Below, in pieces: positions 1 to 13,097 of a stretch of DNA of 64,000 bases; within the stretch, counting starts at the first letter, position 1; each line of letters begins with the position of its first letter. The DNA comes from Octopus vulgaris. Lineage: Eukaryota. Made by a program: the position numbers and the translations under genes. The notes beneath the pieces were generated by a model. The model was not told where the DNA came from and did not search any database. It saw only the letters and a program-made list of their open reading frames with translations. Location of the stretch: contig OX597814.1 in NCBI GenBank assembly GCA_951406725.2, positions 121,892,001 to 121,956,000 of the forward strand. Direction: 5' to 3'.

Positions 1-39
1 TTTTTTTTCGAGGAGTGGTATTATGGATCCCAGTAATGG

Positions 40-185
40 CTAGGTAGTTTCATTTATCGACCACGAAAGGATGAAAGACAAGTTTGACCTCGGCGACATT
101 TGATCTCAGAACCTAAAGAACTGGAACAAATATCACAAGGCATTCACTCCAACGCTCTAATGACTCAGCTACTCCACCGTCCATC
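40..185 (-). mobile_element. tRNA-derived SINE family B, degenerate copy
   Basis: Reverse complement resembles the GTTCAAATTCCGCCGAGGTCGACTTTGCCTTTCATCCTTTCGGGGTCGATAAA core seen at 19904-20686. Confidence 0.75.
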
Positions 186-811
186 CGTGAATAATAATAA
201 TGAGAAGACTCGTTAATTAATCATTGTTCACTAATTGATGTTGATTTTGTTGCTCACCCAAATAAACATACATTCCGAATCAATTAAACTACTTAATTGG
301 ATTGTACACTATTGTAATTCGAGTTTTTTTTTTACACTTACCTTATCACCACCGTCGCCGCCGCCGTCACCAGCACCAGCACCACCACTATCGCCAACAT
401 CATCATCATCGCTATAATCATCACAAAGTGATAACTCCGACAAATCAAATTCACAACAGTCACCTGCTCATCGAATTAACCAGATCTGGATCCCTCAAGA
501 TATGCAGGTGTATACAAGCAGATTGGACATTGGAGAGAATACAACGCGTCCAGACGGCAAACGCTGGACTTCAAATGTATTAGCATCGTGCAGTATGGTC
601 AAAGATAAAGAAGACACATGGCATAAATTCATAAACGGAAATGCTCTTTGCCTCAAGTTCTACGACCGACGATCTCAATACCATGGCTACAATCAGAAAT
701 TGTTGTTGTTGTTATTATACTTCTCAAAGACCTCGGCTTACTTACTCTAGTTGATTCTGTGACAGCGGACAGCAACATGTTGTCAAATGTCTCACTAGGT
801 CTCTTATCTCA

Positions 812-1125
<314 letters not shown>

Positions 1126-1134
1126 ATTCTTCTA

Positions 1135-2865
1135 GTATTTTATTGCCTTTGCACAGCTTTTAACGCTGGAGATGTACTAAAGTGTCAGCTGTTCACTACC
1201 AGTAAACTAAGGTAACACCCCTTATTTTTTGAGCACCATCTGGAATATTCGAGCAGTTCCAAGCAGTGATGTTTTCTGCAAGTATTGCACCCTTATTGCA
1301 GCCACTATTTGTTCCATGTATTTCTCAAGATTTTACTCACTGTTCCTAGAGCTCCGACAATTATTGGTATTATTACCAACTTTTTTAGCGACCACAACTC
1401 CACAAGCTAACCTACCAAGCTAACCTGTTATGTATATCGACTTTTCTTCTTTATCGCTTTATTGTTCAGTAGCTGATCTTTACAACCGTATGAGCCCTCG
1501 CAGCATCCCTTCTACTCTTCTGGGAAGAGGTTTTCTTCCAGATGTTAGCCCATTCTCTGCGATATTATTACAGTAAAGTCTTTGTAAATTGTAGGGAGAC
1601 AAGTTATTGGTCTGTAATTTTGTGGGTTTGCCGTTTCAGTGGATTTGGGAATTAGGAGAGCTTTGCCTTCCGTGAGCCATTTAGACATTGTCTCTGGTTC
1701 TGCATTTTATGTGTTCCTGTTAGGTATATTAATCAGAAGTTAGAGATTTTGTCATGCTCGGGTGCCTTCCATTCGCTTAATTTTTGTAGTGCCTTGGTGA
1801 CCCCTTCAGTTGTAATAGGGGTCCAGAATTGTTGAGGTGCTGTGTTCGTTGCTTTGATGGATCATTTCTGAGGTTGTTCCTTCGCTGACGATATTTCTTT
1901 CCAAAATTCGTCTACTTCTTCTTCTGTTGGTGCTGCATTCATCTCTATTTTATTTTTGCCAAGTTCTTGGTAGAATCGTCTGGGGTTGGAGTTGAACTGT
2001 TTGTTTTGTTCAAAGAAACGTTGGCGTTTTTCATACCGGAGGATTCTTTGTGCTTTGGCCAGGATATCTTACTTTAGCTGTTCTTTTACCTCAGGTGTAC
2101 CTTGTTCTGTAATTTTGCATCTACTAAGTATTTTTCTTCTTTTGTTGTTTAGTAGTGTTTATTGTCTATTAGTTTCATTAAGGATTGACAGATCCTCTCT
2201 CTCTTTTTTCATCTATTTTTCTGAATATTATTTATATGTTGTTTCATATTTTTATGAATATTATTTATATGTTGTTTCATATTTTTTCTGGATATTATCT
2301 ATATGTTGTTTTACTGTCAATTTTAATGTTTGGGAGGTACAATCGGTGGGCCATACTAAGATATGTGGCTTTCAGTTCTTTGATTATGCTCATTTTTAGA
2401 GTACAGTAATCATTAGTTTCACCTTTTTTCTTCGTTTTTGTTGGACATGTTACGTATGTCTTTGTGTTTTACAGTCCCAGTGCTTATGATATTGTTTGGC
2501 ATTGCCGTGTGGTTATTATCTACGTTTTCCTGATGTATCTTTCCTTTTAAGCGTTCTATTTCTATTTCTGATATATTTTTTATTTTTGCTTTGAGAATAT
2601 ATCTTCGTATGTTAGCTAGTTTATTAGTGTTCATTGCTGCATCCAAATCTTTATCTAGGTTATTTTTCTTCCAGATTTCATATGTATATGTTTTCGTGTT
2701 TTCTTCCTGTGGGTAGAGCACTGCTGTAAAATAAGCGTATAATATTGAAATATATTCCTTACTCGCCCATTTATGCTTTTTTTATTTTATTTGCGGAACA
2801 CGAGGAATAACGTCCGGCCTTTTATTTTGATAGTCATCATTTTCGTAGGGTACCGGTCTGTATTA
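1135..2865 (-). mobile_element. Internally deleted R4/Dong-like non-LTR retrotransposon (pseudogene)
   Basis: Minus-strand peptides: N-terminal KHKWASKEYISILYAYF...EIWKKNN...KLANIRRYIL; QNKQFNSNPRRFYQEL...EFWKEI; early RT NYRPITCLP and GSYGCKDQLL; C-terminal IIPIIVGALG...LQKTSLLGTARIFQMVL; 3' UTR runs into CAA/TAA repeats. Frameshifts and stops present. Confidence 0.88.
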
Positions 2866-2879
2866 TTATTATTAGAACT

Positions 2880-3352
2880 AACCGTCTGATAAGGGTACAC
2901 TAGACACATGCATCACAACCATATGTGCACGACATGTTGTTCTCATATTATGATAAACAGCGCATGAGCTGGCAGACGAGACCCAGTTAGAATTTTCTTC
3001 AGGTTGAGTAGTCCATCTTGCCCAAAAGGTCCCTGAAAAACGCTTGTTTAAGGATGTAGAACGAAACATCCATGTTTTCAGAGGTGAATTATTCAAATCC
3101 TAAATAATTTCTCTGAACACATTGCTATGATGTTCCCCCACTACTTCTGCTCGTGACCAGAGATGCACATCCCATCAACCTCCAAGGGACATGTTCAATT
3201 GGTTAAGGTCAGACAACGGAAAGCAAATCCGAGATGTTGAGCAGAATATTTGCTGTCGCCCATCTTTCATATTGAGACAAATCATGTACATGACAACACT
3301 GCCAATCAAGTTAAAATTGGAAGCCATGAGAGACAGTGCCTGATACTGCGTC
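2880..3352 (-). mobile_element. Non-coding (TAA)n-associated element, family D
   Basis: Collinear with 46803-47250 and reverse-complementary to 41797-42290 and 21530-21665. Confidence 0.85.
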
Positions 3353-4289
3353 ATATATTATTGTTGTTGTTGTAGTTGTTGTTGTTATTGTTGCTGTTGT
3401 TGTTACTGATGTTGTTCTTGTTCTTGTTGTTTATGCACACGCACGCACACACATACACACAAAATTCTTGATATTATGGATCAATCATTTCAAATATATC
3501 GTATGTGGAGACACTTGCAGCGTAGCTCCAGACAGCAGATGACAAATGACATAATGGCAACTAAGAGCACGTGACAGAAAACTCCAAGAAACCTCATCAA
3601 CTGCCATATAATAAATTTCAACTCTATAACATATATTGAGCGCTCTTTATCACATGACGACGCTGACACATTTTCTTCACACCACCATTATATTCTCATT
3701 CAATTCTTCTATCCTATCATTCAAATATTCAAACACAAATTTCTTGATGCCTTTCACGCAATTTCAGCAAAATTTTTTCAACATTTTCCAATATATTGAA
3801 TGATAAAATTTCTTTCACAATCGCATAGCAAAATTTCTTTAACAATTGTTATTATCATTATAATTATTATTTTGATTCACTCTGCTGCTGCTTTGGGAAT
3901 CTTGTTGCTGTTGTTGATGTTGTGATGGTGGTGCTTTGTGGCAATACTGGTTATAATAAAATTACACACATTATCATTACAGTAACTTTTTTCATGCTTT
4001 GATTCATTCCAAAGCCAGTTTCAAAAACAAAAAAAACAACAAAGAAATTTTGACATTTAAAAAAAAAAATTCTTTTCTTATTTCACATCCACCTCTTCCT
4101 CTCTTTTTCTCTCATATCTTGTGTTTCCGATGACAATACAATTTGATAAGCACTATTATCTGATTTGATTTTTAAGTTTTTGTTATTCTTTTCTCCCTGT
4201 GACTTATAATTTCAAACGAATATTTACCTTCAACAATTCCAACCTCTTATTTCGCACATCATAAACAACATCGTCATCATCGACTTTGT

Positions 4290-4326
4290 CATCATCATCA
4301 TCATCTTCCATCTTCATCATCTACGC

Positions 4327-4383
<57 letters not shown>

Positions 4384-4446
4384 CATCATCATCATCATCA
4401 TCATCATTATTATTACTATTACTATTATTATTATTATTACTATTAC

Positions 4447-4485
<39 letters not shown>

Positions 4486-4555
4486 AGTTTTGCCGTTGAT
4501 GTTGTTTGTTCTTGTTATTATTATTGTCATTGTTGTTGTTGTTGTTGTTGTTGTT
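4290..4555. repeat. Compound trinucleotide microsatellite (ATC/ATT/ACT/GTT)
   Basis: Read directly. Confidence 0.97.
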
Positions 4556-5155
4556 ATTTTCCATTGCATAATCTGTATTGAGTATTGTTTCTCATACATT
4601 TCCCCTGCTCCTTTTTTCTTCCATTCTATTTTCCTTATATTCAATTTTCGTGTTAAGATATATCTTTTTGCTTCTATCCCAAGATTACTGACTTCAGTTT
4701 TCAATTAAATATTCATTATTTCCTATATTCGATCATGTTTCATTAATATTTTATGAGATTACTGAGTTGCAGAAAGAAATACACACATACATACATACGC
4801 ACACTTACGCATACACACACACACGCACACACAAACATACACCATACACACACATATACACGCAAGTACACGAACAAACAATGTATTGTAATAAACAGAC
4901 CGAATATTACAATACATTGTAAAGCTTATATTTGCGAAGGCGTACAGCTGTTATTGTTTCGTTTAGCTTTATTCATCCAAGGTCGAAAATATTCTTTATT
5001 CAAATGGAACCAGCCGTGACCATCCCTTCATTATTTGAAATATATCGTGGATCTTTAATCACTAACTTATGTGCAAGTATGTAGGTACACGTTCATGTAC
5101 GTTCGAATGCAAATCGATGCATAGATATTTTTTAACGTACTGGATCTGGAGTAAA

Positions 5156-5414
5156 ATATAAAAATAATAAATGCGCCCTTTTAAAGCCTAGCCAGGCTCA
5201 TGGGCCCGGTTTCCCGGTTTCTATGGCGTATGTGTTCCTCAGCTGGATGGGACGCCAGTCCATCGGAGCGTTACTCATTTTTGCCAGCTGAGTGGACTGG
5301 AGCAACGTGAAATGAAGTGTTTTGCTAAAGAAAACAACGCGTTTCCCGGTTCAGGAATCGAAACCACAATCTTACGATCATGATGCTGACACCCTAACCA
5401 CTAAGCCACGCGCC
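5156..5414 (-). mobile_element. Full-length tRNA-derived SINE (family C) with 14-bp TSD
   Basis: Minus strand starts GGCGCGTGGCTTAGTGGTTAGGG (A box)...GGTTTCGATTCC (B box), includes a V-SINE-like GATGGACTGGCGTCCCATCCAG block; GGATCTGGAGTAAA duplicated at 5142-5155 and 5415-5428. Confidence 0.93.
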
Positions 5415-5489
5415 GGATCTGGAGTAAATAACAGTAACCAAATAAAACATCTGAGATTGACTTTATTAATATTATTACTGAAGTTCATG

Positions 5490-5705
5490 TGATGGCAGAA
5501 TCGTTAGAACGCCGGGCTAAATTCAGAGTGACATATCATCCGTCGCTGCGCTCTGATTTCAAATTCTGCCGAGGTCGACTCCTCATTCTTTCAGGGACGA
5601 TGGAAAAAGTATCAGCCGAATATTGGGGTTAATGAAATTGACTATTCCCCCTACCACCACCACTACTAATTTCACACCTTGTGCCTATAGTAGAAAGGAT
5701 TAATA
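5490..5705 (+). mobile_element. SINE family B, tail type ending GTGCCTATAGTAGAAAGGATTA
   Basis: TGGCAGAATCGTTAG A box, TTCAAATTCTGCCGAGGTCGAC B box/core. Confidence 0.8.
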
Positions 5706-5712
5706 TTGGTCG

Positions 5713-6179
5713 TGAAGTATATTTGCCGCATAAATGTGGCTATCCCTTAAAGGTGGATGCTACTGTAGCTTGTAGCCCCAAAAGGACACCTCCTCCAGCT
5801 GGCTATTGACACACTTTCTGTGCCCTATCAGTATTTGCAAAGGGAAGCCATCTTTCCCATCTTCAACCTGTATGATACACACGAACTCAAGTTTCTGGGT
5901 ATTGACCCGTCATCAGCGTGTGACAAACACCGGTTGTCGATGAGAAGTATGTTCCCGATGCATATATATATATATCCTTTTTCCAGTGACGGAAAGTCAC
6001 TGATATCGAAAAAGTGTAAACAAGCAATAGTAAATCTCTGAGTGAGATATAAACAGTAGCTGCACGACAATATGAAGTATATTTGCCACTTAAATGTGGC
6101 TAACCCCTAAGGATCGATGCTACTGTAGCTTGTAGCCCCAGGAGGACACCGCCTCCAACTGGCTATTGTCACACTTTCT
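5713..6179 (-). mobile_element. Retrozyme-like or Penelope pLTR-like partial tandem element (1.3 units of a 360-nt monomer)
   Basis: 107-bp direct repeats at 5713-5819 and 6073-6179 (about 12 mismatches by manual count); internal hammerhead ribozyme; no credible ORF. Confidence 0.8.
5864..5936 (-). ncRNA. Type I hammerhead ribozyme with extended stem I
   Basis: Minus strand: CAACC G GUGU UUGU CACACG CUGAUGA CGGGU CAAU ACCCA GAAAC UUGA GUU CGUGUG UAUC AUAC A GGUUG. Full CUGAUGA/GAAA/UH core, 6-bp stem I plus distal helix, 4-bp stem II, short stem III; predicted cleavage between 5884 and 5883. Confidence 0.88.
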
Positions 6180-6199
6180 ATTGAACCTGAATACAGTGA

Positions 6200-6420
6200 C
6201 CTAGCAGGATCGTTAATACACCTTGCAAAATGTCTAGTGGCATTTCAACCGTCTATATGCTCTGAGTTCAAGTTCCGCCGAGTTCGATTTTGCCTGGCAT
6301 CCCTTTTGGGATCGATAGAATATACATACAACAGGAAAGTACTGATGTTGATGTAATCGTCATGCACTCTCACACAGAATTTCTGACGTTTTGTTAAAAT
6401 TATGAACCAACATTATTATT
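6200..6420 (+). mobile_element. SINE family B, degenerate
   Basis: GAGTTCAAGTTCCGCCGAG...GGGATCGATAGAA core similarity. Confidence 0.65.
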
Positions 6421-7983
6421 GAACTTTTGTAAGTCAACGTTTGCAGAAATAAAAATAACAACCTAGTACGACTAATAAAATAATAAGTTCAGGCTTTTCC
6501 TTCTCCCAAATTCGGAATAAATTTCTATTTGATATACAAAATATTTAATCGGTCACTGTCCATCTATGTGTTAGTAGAAAATGTCAACAACTTATCAGTT
6601 TCATGTTGACTAATGTCTGTCTAACATAACAAGATAATTTATCTTAATTTGATTTAGCGACAGTAATTAAGCGAAACGATGTGATGAATTGTAAAAATAA
6701 CAACCAAATTTTAGTGTAAACAGTACTGAAAAGTTTAAACATGTAAACAAACAAACATTGGTAAGATTGTATGGTTAAGGACATCACTTTGCAAATATGG
6801 GATTTCGTATTCGGTTCCATTGTCTAGAATCTTGAACAAGCGTCTTCTTCTACAGCATCGAATCGACCAATGTCTTATAAGGGGAATTTGGTAAATGGGA
6901 ACTGTACGGAAACCCGTAATTGAGGTGTGTAAGTGTCCATATTCTTATTTGCGATATATTTTTCCTTATGACCAGTAAGGTAACAGATCGACAAGTAGAT
7001 TTTGATGGGATACTTATAAGACTTACAGCTTTGAACTTCAATTGATATAATTCATCAAGTCTATGTAGCAGATGCTCCTACTAGCCCGCAGTTTAACTAG
7101 TAAAATCAGTAAAATAAAAATACATTGAATTAATTAAAAGATTTTGAGATTGAAAATTAAGATCAAAACCACTATTAGGAAGAGGAGGAATCATTATGTG
7201 GAGTCGTATAACATATTGCTGGAGGCGTTGTTTTGAGTACATCTTTCTCCCGTTTGTACGCACAAACAGGCATGCATGGAAACACACACATTTACATACT
7301 CACATGCATGCATGTATTATTCTTCTTCTTAATCCTTTTTGCCCCTTGTGGAGCATAGGGCCTCAACATTTGTTTTCCACTTTTTGCGGTCATTGCCATG
7401 TTTCTTGGCTGCTTCCATATATATATTATGTATGTATGTATGTACGTATGCACGTATGTATGTATGTACGTATGTATGTATGTATGTATGTATGTATGTA
7501 TGTATGTATGTATGTATGTATGTATGTATGTATGTATGTACGTATGTACGTATGTACGTATGTATGTATGTATGTACGTATGTATGTATGCATGTGTGTA
7601 TGTGTATGTGTGTGTGTGTATGTATGCCTGTTTGTGTATGTGTGTATGTGTAATTTATATATATAAATCTCACACCCACATCCATACACACACACACACA
7701 TGAATGCTTGCCCAAAGTGAAGATTCTTTGTGCATATGTAAGTAGGTATTTATCAATTATGATTCATATTTCGTTTACTTTCGTTCCAAGTTATAAGAAT
7801 CTTCAACTCTTCAAGTCAGCTCTGTTTCTAACTTTTAGGGATAGTTTATGAAGAACTTGCACTAATAGGATTGCCTTGTAGCTTAATTATTTACTAGAAA
7901 TAGCAGTCAAATATACTTCAAATCACGAACTTAGCATTTAGCACTGGACAGTAGGTTACACGCAACGTCAAGTACAGTAAGGG

Positions 7984-8152
7984 AAGAAGAAGAAGAAGAA
8001 GAAGAAGAAGAAGATGAAGAAGAAGAAGAAGAAGAAGAAGAGAAGAAGAAGAAGAAGAAGAAGAAGAGGAGGAGGAGGAGAAGAAGAAGAAGAAGAAGAA
8101 GAAGAAGAAGAAGAAGAAGAAGAAGAAGAAGAAGAAGAAGAAGAAGAAGAAG

Positions 8153-8183
<31 letters not shown>
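7984..8183. repeat. (GAA)n(CAA)n microsatellite
   Basis: Read directly. Confidence 0.98.
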
Positions 8184-9088
8184 GTATTTCACTAGTATTT
8201 TTTTTTTTGCCTCCAGCAAAAGTTGAACTCAGATAGCAGGGCAGAAAGAACAATCGATGCATATCACATACCGGGCGCTGTTGCGATTTTTACAATCGAT
8301 TACCTTATGTCGTTAGCTTCCTATGCATTCTCTCACATACCTTTTCAGAGACTCGCAAGTTGTGTACGCCCTGGGTTTACTTTTACAATGCGTATGTTTT
8401 ATTGGAAGAATTAACGCTCATGTGTTATCTCGATAGCTCGAGCTTTCGACTGGAAGTAAATCTATTTTGATCCCATCTGAGAATTTTGATGAGATATTAT
8501 TTTCCTGTTATTGCTGCTAAATGTTTACTTATGCTTTTGATTTCAAATGTTTGCAAGTATTTATGTCTACATCCCGAATCATAAATATACCATAATAATA
8601 TTTCTATCCATACAAATGACTATATACCCTAGTGGATGAAAAACACTTTCTATTATTATTCTTCGAAATCTAACAAACGAATATTTAACATTCCACTTCA
8701 GCGAATTGATTCGGACCATTTACAATGCTATACAAACAAAATCCCAAGACACGGCATCAGAGTAAGATCGAACCCTTTTTACACGAATGTTATCGAATGC
8801 AATAGTTTGATGGAAGTGCCACTTGATCAAAATGTCTTGCTTCAAAAATCAATAAGGACTAATGCCTAGGATTTACACGCCACATAGTCTGCTTGTCTCT
8901 ATTCACGGTTCAAAGATCAAATCTCAGTGACATTAATACATGGAATCTGATAATTCATACCTGAACACGTTCGCGATGCATTTATGAGAAGCAGCAATAT
9001 TGTGACATCGTGTTTATCTATCTGTCTGTCAATCTATCTATCTCTATTGTATATGGATGTGTATTTAATAATATATATATATATATAC

Positions 9089-9252
<164 letters not shown>

Positions 9253-9418
9253 CATACATATATATATATAAATAGGTGAATGAATTATCTATGTTTATCG
9301 TCAGCATGGAAAATTCGTTTAACCGAAACCTGGGTAGCAAATTCACGTCAGAAACACGGTTGAGGCGACCTGTCCAAGGGTAGAAACTCCGGGTTCATGT
9401 GCAGAAATGTGTGCGTTG

Positions 9419-9578
9419 TATATGAATAAATGAAAGAATGGAGTCGAACGAAGATGTTAACAAAATTCCTTTACTCTCGACATATGTTTCGAAGACAACA
9501 TGTTTTCATTCCAAAGAGCATATGTCGAGAGTAAAGGAATTTTGTTAACATCTTCGTTTGACCCCATTCTTTCACTTA

Positions 9579-9585
<7 letters not shown>
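9419..9585. repeat. Inverted repeat, ~67-bp arms, ~30-bp spacer
   Basis: ATATGAATAAATGAAAGAATGG...TCTCGACATATG mirrored by CATATGTCGAGA...CCATTCTTTCACTTATTCATAT with three A/G differences. Confidence 0.93.
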
Positions 9586-9654
<69 letters not shown>

Positions 9655-9670
9655 TGTATGTATGTATGTA

Positions 9671-9850
9671 TTTGAAAGAATGAGTAGAGATACCTTTTTT
9701 GAGGGTTTAATTTTTTTATTTTAATCTTAATAATAATGTTTACAGTGAGTTACTCTGATATGAGTTTCACGCTTCAACTCACTGTAAACATTATTAAGAT
9801 TAAAATTTTAAAAATCCCCTCAAAAAAGCATCTCTATTCATTCTTTCAAA
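9671..9850. repeat. Inverted repeat, ~75-80-bp arms
   Basis: TTTGAAAGAATGAGTAGAGAT...TTTACAGTGAGTT mirrored by AACTCACTGTAAA...ATCTCTATTCATTCTTTCAAA. Confidence 0.9.
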
Positions 9851-9889
9851 TATTTATAACACTGTAGCAAGAACCTTCTCTTTACTATT

Positions 9890-9931
<42 letters not shown>

Positions 9932-10531
9932 TGTATGTATGTATAAATATATATATGCATGTATATGTGTGTGTACATATGTCTGTGCGTATTTATGTAT
10001 GTATATATATTTGTATTACACCACTGTTTAGAATATCTTGTAAGAGGCAACGCGTTTCGTTTCTCTTATCTTTTTTTAAGTAAGATGCCCCTGTTAGATT
10101 GAATAAGAATCCAGCTTACTTTAGAAGAACGTACTTCAAAACTTTTTCTTCGAACTACTGCGCTGACGACTCATAGAGTCATAGAAATTTGCGTTCATAA
10201 GCTGCATTTTATCTCCAGTTAATTAGAATACCTTTTCCGTAGAAGCTTGTATTTTTTTTTAATTCTTGATATTATCTCCCTTTGTCATTTGACCTTTGGA
10301 AAGGAAGACGATATCAAGGAATCAAAACTATCTTATATAGTATTAGATATATCTTTTTGTGTATGTATATAATGCGTGTGTCCATATATAAACATAGACA
10401 TACAAATATATTTATATTAATGTTTGCATTTATGTGAAAAAGTAAATGAAAACAGTTTAAGATAAGAATGACACATTAAAAAGAATAACAGAGGAAAAAG
10501 AAAATTTGACAAAATTCTATGTAAAAATGTC

Positions 10532-10571
<40 letters not shown>

Positions 10572-10579
<8 letters not shown>

Positions 10580-10713
10580 ATAGAGGGCATTATTACACAT
10601 AAATGCCTCACACTAGAGGGACAAAGTCATTACTACCAAAAAATTTTGGTAGTAATGACTTTGTCCCTCCTAGTGTGAGGATTTATGTGTCATAATGCCC
10701 TCTATACAATATA
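10572..10713. repeat. Near-perfect ~140-bp palindrome
   Basis: Arms TATTGTATAGAGGGCATTAT...CTACCAAAA and TTTTGGTAG...GCCCTCTATACAATA, 2-nt loop, one substitution and two 1-nt indels. Confidence 0.95.
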
Positions 10714-10840
10714 GATATAATTAATTTGTTCAAAAGAAAAAATTATTTTCGGATTTTTTTCTTTTATGAGGTTTTCACGCTAGCTACCCGATAATTTCTT
10801 GTTAAGATCCCTTATTAAGAGATTATCCTTAATTGTTAAA

Positions 10841-10887
<47 letters not shown>

Positions 10888-10985
10888 CAGGGTGGCCAAA
10901 AAGTAGGTTTATAGTCATTCAACTATATCTTTTGTATTCATATATTAACCGCTTAAATCTTAATTATAAAAAAAATGAAACTATT
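10888..10985. mobile_element. Solo Tc1/mariner-type terminal repeat
   Basis: CAGGGTGGCCAAAAAGTAGG directly after (TA)n, a typical Tc1/mariner end; partner end not found. Confidence 0.45.
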
Positions 10986-11414
10986 ATTCTATGCTAATTT
11001 AGTTAATAGTAAGATAGAAATTTATATGTAATAAATTGCTTTAAAAGAATTTAAAGTGCCTACATGGTAACTGTATGTATACATACATACATACATACAT
11101 ACATATACATACATAAATGCATGCACATATACATACTGCTTAAATAACAATCGTGAGGAATTAGACTTCTCAAAACCAGAAAGTAGAAAGCTAATTCGAA
11201 AACTACAGATCCAATCCATGCCTGGAACTGTAAAAATTTGTAAAACTTTCCATAAGTTTATCATTTAAATATATATTAGCATATCTAGATATGCAACTAT
11301 ATGCATGAGAATACATATATGAAGCAAAACATACAAATCTGCACATATACATGCATAGATACATACATACATACGCATATGCCCACGTAAGCACACACAC
11401 ACACACAGAAACAC

Positions 11415-11494
<80 letters not shown>

Positions 11495-11774
11495 AATATT
11501 AATATTAGGGAATTTATTTCCCAGTCCACAGGGGAGAGAAATTCAATTTAGTGGTACTAATACGAATTTTCCACTATTAGCGTCTCAATCAACATTGGAT
11601 GACATTATCTATGAGAGAGATATATAAGATTAAATATCATATACATATAATGTATTTGATTCAGAATAGTAATTGTAGGTATCAAGTAGATAATTTTTTA
11701 ATGTTATATATTTCTGGCAGATAATGTCGTTCAATGTTGATTGAGTTGCTCGTCGCTGGTTTCTTCTCTTAAAC

Positions 11775-11941
<167 letters not shown>

Positions 11942-13055
11942 GTCGGGCATACACAAACAGACGCACTCACACACACACATATATAAATATGAGCGCGCGT
12001 GCGCGTGTGTGGGAGGAAGAGATAGTATTTATGCATTCGCGACACCTGAACTGGCAAGTAAAAACTGAAATCATTGTAGCTTTGCCATGCACTTTCATAA
12101 AACTGGGACTACAGGAGCAGGCTTATACCTGTATTTATATATGTCGGCATTACAGATCTTCCTAATATGCTTCGCGTACCAATTGACTTACGTTGTAGAA
12201 GATAATCTCAAAGAGAAACTGCTTATGTTCTTAAAGGAAATTGATTTGCTAAGTTCTCACGTTTTCTATTTAGTTACAAGCTACATCACATATATAGAGC
12301 GGAAATCGACACGAAAGTAAGTATATAGATCGTGCATTTCAACGTAGCTGTGTTACATTTTGCTTTGCAATGCTTAGAAAAAGTGGATCATATTGATCAT
12401 GTCACAAGCTGTATGAACTCAACTTCAGAGTAAAACTAAGGTCAGGTCTACGACCTCATAACAAACATTTTGTTGTCTAGTCATTGCAAATCTAGTATGC
12501 TGTTTCAAACCAGTCAATACCTTATTGTAAAGCACCTCAATGTTCTCGCTCATAAGAGAAACTTCGGTGTGTAGGAGATGTCTCGTGTTTATCATCAGGA
12601 ATTACATCAGCCACGCGAGTTCCTTTTTCATTTATGTATCTATTTATTTATTTATTTATTTATTTATTTTATTTTGAGGCATCAGTCATTGCAGTACGAC
12701 CATTCTGGGGCAAAAATCTTCAAATGCTTAGTCAATCGTATCTACCGGAAAACCTATTTTCAGTCCAGTAAGAATTTTATTGTAATCTGTTTATAAAGCC
12801 GCCTAATTGGTTTTAGACAAAGCAATTAAAAAGGTACACAAACGTCATCATCATCATCATCATCATCATCATCGTCATCATGATCATCATCGTCCTTGTT
12901 AGTAAAGCATACTCCCGCTCTAACAGAATAGCACATCAATCAGATTCTTGGCACAAACGGAAGCCGATATACATATGCGTTCATATCTAAGTGCATGCAC
13001 ACACACATGGGTATAAGTATGGATGAGTATATTTTTGTACTTATGCGTGCGCGCT

Positions 13056-13097
<42 letters not shown>

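Noticed and set aside
490-690. Possible RTE LINE 3' relic (RRPDGKRWTSNVL...W)
   Set aside because: Only a faint motif resemblance; not supportable without a search.
5713-5800. Possible HDV-like ribozyme on the minus strand of the direct repeat
   Set aside because: Folds better as simple serial hairpins; the nested P1/P2/P3/P1.1 pseudoknot could not be built.
10045-10200. Hammerhead-like words CGAAACGCGTT (minus) and CTGACGA...GAAA (plus)
   Set aside because: The first has no CUGANGA partner; the second lacks pairing for stems I and III.
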